From an uncultured Gammaproteobacteria bacterium (GTDB lineage Bacteria; Patescibacteriota; Microgenomatia; Levybacterales; UBA12049): a DNA stretch of 54,189 nucleotides. The notes beneath the pieces were generated by a model. The model made no database searches. It was not told the origin of the DNA and saw nothing but the letters and a program-made list of their open reading frames with translations. A program made the translations under genes and the position numbers. The stretch is taken from NCBI GenBank assembly GCA_964613075.1, contig CAZTFV010000002.1, forward strand, positions 1 to 54,189. The letters run 5' to 3'. Positions 1-7,509 of this stretch are shown piece after piece (within the stretch, counting starts at the first letter, position 1; the number at the start of each line of letters is the position of its first letter).

Positions 1-326
1 CACTGGGAAAAGTATACGACGTAGCAGTTGATATACGAGCAACCTCAAAGACCTTGGGACAGTGGTTCGGAGTTGAATTAAGTGAAGAGAATAAAAAAAT
101 GCTCTATGTCCCTGTCGGTTTTGCGCATGGGTTTGAGACAGTTTCTGACATAGCGGACTTACAGTATAGACAAACTGATTATTATACTCCGGAAGCAGAA
201 GGAGCTATCATGTGGAATGATCCGGATCTCAATATCCCCTGGCCGATACAAAATCCACTTCTTTCAGCCAAGGACCAGCACGGCATGAGCCTTGCGGAGT
301 ATAAGAGAAATCCTATTTTTTCTTGA
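1..326 (+). CDS. rmlC: dTDP-4-dehydrorhamnose 3,5-epimerase (RmlC), C-terminal ~107 aa; the 5' end lies outside the window
   Basis: Frame 3 is open from the window edge (LGKVYDVAVDIRATSKTLGQW precedes tracked ORF 54..326). RmlC cupin signatures: VDIR..S.T.G.W.GVELS, VPVGFAHGF, WNDPDLNIPWP, SAKD. TGA stop at 324-326. Confidence 0.85.
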   Translation, partial: LGKVYDVAVDIRATSKTLGQWFGVELSEENKKMLYVPVGFAHGFETVSDIADLQYRQTDYYTPEAEGAIMWNDPDLNIPWPIQNPLLSAKDQHGMSLAEYKRNPIFS

Positions 327-2388
327 AGCTCCCACGACCTAACGGTCGAGGATTCTCTTCATGCGCTTTGTCGGAGCTGAAATCCGCCGAAGCGGAAATT
401 GGCTCTGCATCCCACGATCTTACGATCGGGGATTTCCGCGAAGGCGGATTAAAAAAGAATAAAAACGGTAAAGATACCAGTGTAACACCGCTTACTACAA
501 GCCCCATATCAGCAAGCTGTTGTTTTTGGTACACTAGTCGGACCGAATATGTTCCTGATTTCGATAGCTGAAACGTCATGAGGGAATTATATGCATCTGG
601 TTCAGATTGTTTATCCGCCTCAAGTATCCAATGCTTATTATTCGCTTGCGAAAAAACCAGCTTATCCCCAATATGCACATTCTCAAGTGTAATTTCGTAT
701 TGTGTAGGGTTAATCCTTCTATATAATTGTATTCTGCATTTCCCAATGCACCAAAAAAGATCTTTTTGTTCAGCCACTTTAAATACCGATAAACCTTGAT
801 ATTTATACATTTCTTTAAGTGTTTTTTTACTGCTTAAAATGCTCTTCAACTCTTTGCTTTTTTTCTGGGTATACCCTTTCTCCTTAAGGGGGATCTCATG
901 TTGCTCATCTACTGGTATGACAATATAACCAATAGAATTGGTCTCAAGAATATCTGTCAAACTATCTCTTTTTAAACTTTTTATTACTGCTGATGCACTT
1001 GAAGCTTTAAAAAACTCTTCAAATGATACTGCAGGATGCGTTGCAGAGGAATAACTATACCTACTTACTGTTGGAATCCATAGCACACGCGAGAATTGAG
1101 CATCCTGTATCAGTTCATCTTTCAACTCTATGTATTCATCAGGAACGACACGAGGAAATACTCCGGTCTGTGCATGCTGAAAAATAGGAAACAGCAGGTA
1201 TCCCCAAAATAAGACAAATAGCCCAGACAGTAACACACCCCTTTTTTGTATCGTGAAAGGAATTAAATATGCATATGCTATTGCCACTAACACATACCAT
1301 TTTGTCGGATCTCGAAATAAGGAAAACCCCGGAATGAAGTTATATAACCACAAATAAAAGCTACCAAACGGTTCATTTGTTCCTTTTGCTAAAAACGCTC
1401 CGAATAAACCCAAAAATGCAAAAAAAATAATTGTTCTATTGTTAAATTGTTCCATTGTTAAATTGTTTTTGATTTTGGTATTTGAATTTTGTATTTGTTT
1501 CGGATTTCGATATTCGGATTTCGGATTTTTATTGAAAAGTAAACTACTAAACGCCAAAAGAGGAAGTATGAGAAACTCAGGCCTCATAAAATATACCTTC
1601 CCAAATATATTTTCCGGCCAGTTAGGGTGGAGAAGTGAAATCGAATTTTCAAGTTCTGCAAAACTTAAAAAATCAACTGAAACATCTCCTTTGCCAGATT
1701 CAAAAGTATCCTGAAGAGAAAATACCGAAGGTAAAATCCAAAACGAGTGAAGAAGAAAAACCGTTACCGCGCATATGACAAGATGTAGAACACGGGAAGA
1801 AAAGAATTGAAGAAAACTTTTTCTTGAAACATGAATATAACTAAAAACCAAGAACAAAAAGCAAACGAATACAAAAGACATATATGCCAATCGCACATCA
1901 AGAAAAGCTTGCAAAGCGAGAAAGAATCCTGTTATCAATGATAACTTAATATTAAAACGATTATTTTGTAACAATTTGATAGATAGGCCAAGCACAAGAG
2001 GAGTTAGTGAATAAGCAAGCATTACCCCAACCTGTCCGCCATGGATGATCATGAGAATATATGTATTGGAAATATAAATGAGAAGCGAAATGAAGAAAGT
2101 GTACCAATTTTTACCAAAAAGAGTTCGAACAAAAAAATAAATAGATATCCCTGAAAATAATACAAACAAAGAATAATAAACGATCGTTATCCAGAACCAA
2201 TCAAGTCCAAGACTATTATGTAAAAATCCAGCAGTTGAATAAATAAATGTTCTCAGCCAAAGAACACCTGAAATATCTTCTCCGAATCCATTCCCACGAG
2301 TAGAATCCCACACATATGGATAATAATAAAAATTCTGCAACTGTTCATTGAAAAAAAATGGTAAATCTTTGCTACTAAAAGAAATCAT
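313..2388 (-). CDS. Polytopic membrane protein, GT-C-like glycosyltransferase candidate (AftD/DUF3367-like); shorter paralog of 26859..30182
   Basis: 691-aa ORF with many hydrophobic spans, a large non-membrane C-terminal domain and a terminal TM anchor (GLVVSGVTLVSLPFLFFF). Shares SKD..F..Y.W and PGF[SA][LI]FR[DT]P.K motifs with the 1107-aa ORF. The last ~47 codons (313..456) run through the GC-rich hairpin element and may not be native coding sequence. Confidence 0.55.
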   Translation of the reverse strand: MISFSSKDLPFFFNEQLQNFYYYPYVWDSTRGNGFGEDISGVLWLRTFIYSTAGFLHNSLGLDWFWITIVYYSLFVLFSGISIYFFVRTLFGKNWYTFFISLLIYISNTYILMIIHGGQVGVMLAYSLTPLVLGLSIKLLQNNRFNIKLSLITGFFLALQAFLDVRLAYMSFVFVCFLFLVFSYIHVSRKSFLQFFSSRVLHLVICAVTVFLLHSFWILPSVFSLQDTFESGKGDVSVDFLSFAELENSISLLHPNWPENIFGKVYFMRPEFLILPLLAFSSLLFNKNPKSEYRNPKQIQNSNTKIKNNLTMEQFNNRTIIFFAFLGLFGAFLAKGTNEPFGSFYLWLYNFIPGFSLFRDPTKWYVLVAIAYAYLIPFTIQKRGVLLSGLFVLFWGYLLFPIFQHAQTGVFPRVVPDEYIELKDELIQDAQFSRVLWIPTVSRYSYSSATHPAVSFEEFFKASSASAVIKSLKRDSLTDILETNSIGYIVIPVDEQHEIPLKEKGYTQKKSKELKSILSSKKTLKEMYKYQGLSVFKVAEQKDLFWCIGKCRIQLYRRINPTQYEITLENVHIGDKLVFSQANNKHWILEADKQSEPDAYNSLMTFQLSKSGTYSVRLVYQKQQLADMGLVVSGVTLVSLPFLFFFNPPSRKSPIVRSWDAEPISASADFSSDKAHEENPRPLGRGSFKKK
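327..450 (-). other. GC-rich structured element: four short hairpins arranged as two tandem two-hairpin modules. Possible 3'-end RNA stabiliser, REP/MITE-like insertion or small structured RNA.
   Basis: Hairpins: 331-351 (cccacgacc/taac/ggtcgagg), 383-396 (tccgc/cgaa/gcgga), 411-431 (cccacgatc/ttac/gatcgggg), 435-448 (tccgc/gaag/gcgga). Outer helix agctcc 327-332 pairs with ggagct 373-378. Hairpins 1 and 3 differ by a compensatory pair change (cgacc:ggtcg vs cgatc:gatcg). Read on the minus strand the loops are GUUA, UUCG, GUAA and CUUC. The element is far more GC-rich than its flanks. Confidence 0.4.
1438..1530. repeat. Short direct and tandem repeats inside the CDS, encoding a low-complexity N/K-rich loop
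   Basis: attgttaaattgtt at 1438-1451 and again at 1454-1467 (16-nt period). tcggattt-type units occur near 1500-1507, 1514-1521 and 1521-1528. The encoded loop NKNPKSEYRNPKQIQNSNTKIKNNLTMEQFNN is absent at the equivalent position of paralog 26859..30182. Confidence 0.6.
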
Positions 2389-2400
2389 ATATCCTGATGG

Positions 2401-4065
2401 TTATTTGTTAAGCCCTCTCTGTATTTTCAAAGAGATGTTCGTCGTTTTTTTAGTCTCCGAATTATAAGAGAAAGCAGTCACTGTTTGGGGGTCTATTTTA
2501 TATTTTCTGAGATCTAGGGCCAAACGTCTGAAGTCACTATAATACCCAAACCCCGTACCATTTTTTTCTTTATATCCTTGATTTCCTAATTCCCAAAAGA
2601 AATTATCGTTTAAATAAGGAAGTGCTGATTCGTCACCTTTCTCAGTTCTCAGTACCAGAAGCATATATCCGATCCCCTGTTGAAAAGGCAAGGGATTGCC
2701 TTCCACGACAAAATCTCTATCACTTTCAATATAATAAATTTGCTTTTTACCTGATGGCATGTTAGTTGCGATAAATGCAAGAATAGGTTTTTGCACATCT
2801 GCTTTTTCTTTTTGGAAAGCAAGTTGCTTATGTATATACTTCACATGCCAAAATAAAAATAACACGAATATTAAAATGGGAATTATAACAGAGAGTTTAT
2901 AAAGATTAGAATCCCATTTCTTTTTCACAATAGATACAACCGTGTCTATAAAAATGCCCATAAAAAGCGCAAACGGTATTACGAAGGTATAGTAATACCG
3001 TGATTCTAAATATCCTGATGTTTTCTTAATTACGATAAACGGCAAAAAACTAAAAAGATATAATCCTGAAAATATCCAAAATTGCAACTTGTTTTTTCTT
3101 TTTATAAGGACAAAGAAGATTAATGGTGTAAAAATAAGCAAGGTAGCAAGAACAGATAGTAATTCAACAACAACTTTTTCTGATACCTGTGTAGCATATC
3201 CCACTTGTTCAAAATAAGGAAATATAGCAAAGGTAAACTTTTGTGAAAAGGGATAGAATATTGCATCAGGAATAAGTAATTGTGACAGTGTCTCAACAGG
3301 ATAAGAAATAGCCATCCACAGAAGTCTGTGGAAAATGTTTCCGTTAGAGCTTGAAACATAACCGGAGTAATCGGATCGTAGAAAAAATATATTGATAATT
3401 TTTAACGTAATATAAAGAGCCCCGCCTAACAAAAGGAGTAGAGCTGGCTTTAATGATCTGGACTTTTCTTTTTGATAACGTTTTAAGAGAAAATCCAAAA
3501 AAGGGAGAAAAATAAAAAGAAAAATTGCTGTCTCTTTAAAAGCTATTGAGATAAAAATACAAATTATTGACAAGAAATAAAAATATAACTTTTTCTTTTC
3601 TATAAACGCAAAATAACATATGATAGCTAACAAGATAGTTGTTGTTGAAGGAAGCGTACCAGTAGCTGTACCATACCAAATTATTGCCTGCTTTGAGGTA
3701 TCATTTATTAAGAAAAAAAGGGAAGCAATAAAAGCAATAAATTCTTTCTTAAGAATCTTTTTAAACAGTGTAAAAACGAGCGATGTGTTGAGTGCATGGA
3801 AAAAAATTGAAAATAAAAATAAAGGAAATGTGTTCAATCCGAAATATCCAAATAAGCCCATATTGACTAACCGAGCAAAAATCCTTGATTCGAATAAGAA
3901 TAATCCAATAAATGAAGTTTGAGTAATTAAATACCTCAGACCCTCTGACTTTATAAATCCAAGTGCATGCCATTCATCCTGCTGATATGCAGAAAAATAT
4001 AAATCTTTATATATAAGAAGAGTGAGAAGGAAAAAAAGTAAGAAGGAAAAAAAGAATCGTCTCAT
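2401..4065 (-). CDS. Polytopic membrane protein, GT-C-like (ArnT/PMT-style) glycosyltransferase candidate
   Basis: 554 aa with about ten or more hydrophobic spans. Acidic motif YQQDEWHALGF lies directly after TM1. Soluble C-terminal domain. ATGA-type 4-nt overlap with the upstream gene. Confidence 0.5.
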   Translation of the reverse strand: MRRFFFSFLLFFLLTLLIYKDLYFSAYQQDEWHALGFIKSEGLRYLITQTSFIGLFLFESRIFARLVNMGLFGYFGLNTFPLFLFSIFFHALNTSLVFTLFKKILKKEFIAFIASLFFLINDTSKQAIIWYGTATGTLPSTTTILLAIICYFAFIEKKKLYFYFLSIICIFISIAFKETAIFLFIFLPFLDFLLKRYQKEKSRSLKPALLLLLGGALYITLKIINIFFLRSDYSGYVSSSNGNIFHRLLWMAISYPVETLSQLLIPDAIFYPFSQKFTFAIFPYFEQVGYATQVSEKVVVELLSVLATLLIFTPLIFFVLIKRKNKLQFWIFSGLYLFSFLPFIVIKKTSGYLESRYYYTFVIPFALFMGIFIDTVVSIVKKKWDSNLYKLSVIIPILIFVLFLFWHVKYIHKQLAFQKEKADVQKPILAFIATNMPSGKKQIYYIESDRDFVVEGNPLPFQQGIGYMLLVLRTEKGDESALPYLNDNFFWELGNQGYKEKNGTGFGYYSDFRRLALDLRKYKIDPQTVTAFSYNSETKKTTNISLKIQRGLNK

Positions 4066-4790
4066 CTTTTTCTGAGCTTCACAAGTATTGTAAGCGCATG
4101 CGATCTGTCTAGCTGTGCAAGTATATCGGATAGCATTCCCCCAAAAGGATAAAATCCTGATGGTTTTTCAGCATCAATCTTAAATCCATGATACGTAAAT
4201 AATTTCAAGAGCGCTTTTCGCGCAGCAACGTTTATATGCTTATCCGTATTCCATTTCTTTCCTTTTTTTACTCCACTAGTCTGCTTGTGACAAAGGGGAT
4301 GGAAACCAACCGGATAATAGTCTGAGATATGAGGACCGGTCGAGGGTTGTTGCCCTAACGTTAATGCGACAATATTGTGCCATGACGCTAAGTTTTCTGT
4401 ACCAATAACTGCATACCCATCCCTTTTTAATATTCGATATATTTCTCTTAAAAAGATGTCTGTATCGTAAAGATGCTCAATTACTTCTATCCCTGTAACT
4501 ACATCAAACATTTGATCTTTGAATGGAAAACATTTATTAAGATCTCCTCTTTTGACCTCTATCCCTTTCTTTTTAGCTTTTCTAACATACGAAGAATCTC
4601 TATCTATACCGTAAATGTTATTAGTAGCAATTTTATTTGCAACTTTTAATGTTAATTCTCCATCAGCAGGTCCGCAATCGAGATATACTGCACCAGGTTT
4701 CCGCTCAATAAGAGAAAGGAGATTGGTTTCTCTTTTCTTTCCCGCCTCTTGTCCAACATTATAAAGATAATTTAACAATAACTGCTTCAT
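4062..4790 (-). CDS. Class I SAM-dependent methyltransferase
   Basis: Motif I VYLDCGPADG, then IYGIDRD and EVIEHLYD. 4-nt overlaps on both sides. Tandem paralog of 4787..5551 (shared E[VI]IEHLY.TD.F..EI.RILK..G...IGT.NL). Confidence 0.8.
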   Translation of the reverse strand: MKQLLLNYLYNVGQEAGKKRETNLLSLIERKPGAVYLDCGPADGELTLKVANKIATNNIYGIDRDSSYVRKAKKKGIEVKRGDLNKCFPFKDQMFDVVTGIEVIEHLYDTDIFLREIYRILKRDGYAVIGTENLASWHNIVALTLGQQPSTGPHISDYYPVGFHPLCHKQTSGVKKGKKWNTDKHINVAARKALLKLFTYHGFKIDAEKPSGFYPFGGMLSDILAQLDRSHALTILVKLRKR

Positions 4791-5551
4791 ATTTTTCTTG
4801 CTACCACCATAATATCCGAGGCTGTCGTAGGAAAATAGCTAAAAATACTATCTACAAGGCCATAACCGAAATTAAGCAATATATTTGAAGTAGCAAATTC
4901 AACACTGTTTCCGTAGACACGCTCTAGCGTAAATCCATAATACTTGAGCATATCCTTCAAAGCATGGACATTATAAACTCGTACGTGTCCAACTGGTTGA
5001 TTGCTGACAAATGTTCTAAGCCACCGCATGCCAAAATTTCTTTTCTTGACACTTACTTCCTGATAAAGAGGGTATATCCCGAGGAGAAAAATCAGACGGT
5101 TAAACCAAAACGAGAGATTGGGAGTTCCAATAATAAAAATTCCTCTTTTTTTGAGTATTCTTTTTATTTCCTCAATAAAAGTGTCAGTATTATACAAATG
5201 TTCTATGATTTCATTGGCAATGACCGCATCAAAAAATCCATCAGCAAAAGGGATATGCTTTTCAACATTTGCTACCTTACTTGGAATACCATTTCTTTGT
5301 GCCAGATGTACTCCCTTATGAGAAATATCTACTCCATAGAATTTTGATGGAATATGTTTCATTATTTCCACTCCGAGTCCGCCGTCTCCACATCCGACGT
5401 CAAGTATCACTGGTTGATTCTGTTTTTTTGAATTGAGAAAAGTATGGAGCGCTTTTATATATGCCTTGCTCCTCTTGGGATATATCTTTTCTCTTTCTTG
5501 AAGATCAACTTCTTTATATCTATCTGCTTGGTAATACTTATTTACGTCCAT
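4787..5551 (-). CDS. Class I SAM-dependent methyltransferase
   Basis: Motif I ILDVGCGDGGLG, then FYGVDIS and ANEIIEHLYN. Tandem paralog of 4062..4790. Confidence 0.8.
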   Translation of the reverse strand: MDVNKYYQADRYKEVDLQEREKIYPKRSKAYIKALHTFLNSKKQNQPVILDVGCGDGGLGVEIMKHIPSKFYGVDISHKGVHLAQRNGIPSKVANVEKHIPFADGFFDAVIANEIIEHLYNTDTFIEEIKRILKKRGIFIIGTPNLSFWFNRLIFLLGIYPLYQEVSVKKRNFGMRWLRTFVSNQPVGHVRVYNVHALKDMLKYYGFTLERVYGNSVEFATSNILLNFGYGLVDSIFSYFPTTASDIMVVARKI

Positions 5552-6515
5552 AGGCGTTAAAAATCTTAAATGTAATAAAGATTACCGCATACACAATAAT
5601 AGTCAAAAAAGAAACAACCGGGTGCCAAAACCAGGCTCTATTTTTTGTTCTCTTATATTCTCTCATCGCTTCAATAAGCGGACCAATAATTGAAATATTA
5701 TACAGCACAGCGGCTGCGAAATTCTGATTTGTCGCTTGATCTACCCAGGTTAATTGGCCGCGCGATTTCCTCTTCATAAATTTTCTTCCTATTTTTATTC
5801 TCTTTTTTATATAATCTGTCAGCGACGACACATAATGATGATAGACTCCTACATTTTTTGGCACAGCATACGATAAGTATCCGTTATTGACAAGTTTTGC
5901 AACAAAGTTTACTTCCTCAAATTTATCCCCGAATCCGGTCATTTTAATATACTTTTTCCGATAGAGAAAACCGTTTGCCCCAACAATTGGAGTCGACCCA
6001 AGTTTCATTTTATATATGATATAGTCCCCTTTATCAATTATTTTCATTTTCGGATGAAAACGACGCGCCAGAGGATCTGAAATTTTCAGCATAGCAAAAT
6101 ATTGATTAAGATACGAGTCCTTTTTCCTTACAAGCCATGGCGACTCAACTCCAAAAATCTCTCTTTCTTTCAAGAATGGTTTTACCATCTCTTTCAACCA
6201 ATTTGTATGTACAATTTCATTATCTGCATCTATTAAAGCAACGATTTCACCCTTTGCATGCTCAATACCAATCGCTTTTCCGCTCTCAGCATCTTTTCTG
6301 GGATTATGAAGAACAACAGTATTAAATTTTTTTGCAATTTCAAGTGTTCTATCAGTGCTTCCCCCATCAATGATCAAGATTTCAAATTTGGATGGAGGGT
6401 AGTCTTGTTTAGCAATACTTCTTAGACAATTGTTAAGAAGTTTTCCTGCCTGAAAAGTCGGAATTACGACAGAAATAATGGGTTTTCTATTCCTCTTATG
6501 AACCTGAGATTTCAT
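5538..6515 (-). CDS. Family 2 (GT-A) glycosyltransferase with C-terminal membrane segment
   Basis: ISVVIPTFQ, IIDGGSTDRT and LIDADN (DxD). C-terminal AWFWHPVVSFLTIIVYAVIFI. Paralog of 44548..45564. Confidence 0.8.
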   Translation of the reverse strand: MKSQVHKRNRKPIISVVIPTFQAGKLLNNCLRSIAKQDYPPSKFEILIIDGGSTDRTLEIAKKFNTVVLHNPRKDAESGKAIGIEHAKGEIVALIDADNEIVHTNWLKEMVKPFLKEREIFGVESPWLVRKKDSYLNQYFAMLKISDPLARRFHPKMKIIDKGDYIIYKMKLGSTPIVGANGFLYRKKYIKMTGFGDKFEEVNFVAKLVNNGYLSYAVPKNVGVYHHYVSSLTDYIKKRIKIGRKFMKRKSRGQLTWVDQATNQNFAAAVLYNISIIGPLIEAMREYKRTKNRAWFWHPVVSFLTIIVYAVIFITFKIFNAYGRK

Positions 6516-7411
6516 GATCCTTTTCTTGCCAAAATAGAGATATTTCCGCCTGCAAGGGTGAGCTCAATATTACCCATACGTGTCAGTTCCAAAACCCATA
6601 ATCCTGTTATTTTAAGTATTTTTGCTATTCCGCTCATCCTCCACCAATACCAGAGTGGGTAGGTATTCTGTACTCCTGAAATATCTTTCGTCTCGAATCC
6701 ATGTTTTTCAAATATTCTCGAAAGGGTTTTTTTGTTGAATAAATAAATATGCTCTATGTCAAAAATTGGGGATTTTTCTCCAAAGAATTTTACTGACAAC
6801 CCATCTGTGTCGTGCACAACAATAAGCGCAACTCCCCCTGGTTTAAGAATTCTATGTATCTCCGAAATAGCGTCATTTGGGTCTAGCATATGATCGAGCG
6901 TATGAAAGCATGCAACAAAGTCAAATGTGTCTTTTTTAAATTGTCGCGGCTTGAAGATGTCCTGTATGATTGATTTCTTGATTTGTTTTGGGGCTTCTTG
7001 CACCATTTTGGGGCTTGGTTCAACGCCTGCTACGTTTCTTATCCCCTTCTTCCATAATGCCTGAAGGAAAAATCCATTTCCACAACCTATTTCAAGCACT
7101 TTTGGATTTCTGGGGAGAAATTTCTCTGCTTGCTCAAAAAGTCCCATATATGTTTTTACAAGATAGCGGATTTGATCATTGTAATTGCAAGCGCTTTCAC
7201 GATAAAAGGAGGCAATTTTCTCTTGTGGAAGGACTGGTGAAGAAAAGATGAGCCCACACCGCTCACAGCGAACAATTTGATAATGAATATTATCTGGAAA
7301 TCTTCTTGCTGAATATATGTCACTCTGCAGTTTTTCTCCCTTGAAAGTAGCTGGAAAGAGTTTCTTTACTTTTTTATTGTTTTTACAGATTGCACAAACT
7401 GTTCTAATCAC
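6512..7411 (-). CDS. SAM-dependent methyltransferase with N-terminal CxxC...CxxC zinc ribbon
   Basis: CAIC...CERC precede motif I VLEIGCGNGFF and ACFHTLDHMLDP. GTG start at 7411. Confidence 0.75.
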   Translation of the reverse strand: MIRTVCAICKNNKKVKKLFPATFKGEKLQSDIYSARRFPDNIHYQIVRCERCGLIFSSPVLPQEKIASFYRESACNYNDQIRYLVKTYMGLFEQAEKFLPRNPKVLEIGCGNGFFLQALWKKGIRNVAGVEPSPKMVQEAPKQIKKSIIQDIFKPRQFKKDTFDFVACFHTLDHMLDPNDAISEIHRILKPGGVALIVVHDTDGLSVKFFGEKSPIFDIEHIYLFNKKTLSRIFEKHGFETKDISGVQNTYPLWYWWRMSGIAKILKITGLWVLELTRMGNIELTLAGGNISILARKGS

Positions 7412-7444
7412 AAAATTAATTCTTCTTGACTTGAAATATTTCTT

Positions 7445-7453
7445 ATTCTAGCA
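7445..7453 (-). promoter_or_regulatory. Candidate extended -10 promoter element (TGcTAGAAT on the minus strand) upstream of 6512..7411
   Basis: Lies in the 98-nt gap 7412..7509. The plus-strand text attctagca reads TGCTAGAAT on the minus strand, about 33 nt upstream of the GTG start. No good -35 box. Confidence 0.3.
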
Positions 7454-7509
7454 TAGTTTTCTCTTATTTCACACAAATGTATTTGATATAATGCAATAGC
7501 ATTATTAAT

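Noticed and set aside
327-450. GC-rich element as a tRNA or other known small RNA gene
   Set aside because: I could find no cloverleaf, no T-loop (GTTCRANYC-like) and no anticodon-arm geometry on either strand. It is kept as an unclassified structured element instead.
323-571. 82-aa plus-strand ORF running through the GC-rich element
   Set aside because: It is antisense to the 3' end of the 691-aa membrane-protein ORF. It begins inside the rmlC stop region and has no recognisable motif. It stays open mainly because GC-rich sequence lacks stop codons.
1438-1530. Short repeats as a possible CRISPR array or minisatellite
   Set aside because: The units are only 7-16 nt with no spacer-sized unique segments, and they lie inside an intact CDS. 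No cas genes are present in the window.
7412-7509. Intrinsic terminator after membrane gene 7510..9522
   Set aside because: The only hairpin is a 5-bp A/T-rich one (aatgc/tatt/gcatt on the minus strand) with no following U-tract. That is too weak to call.
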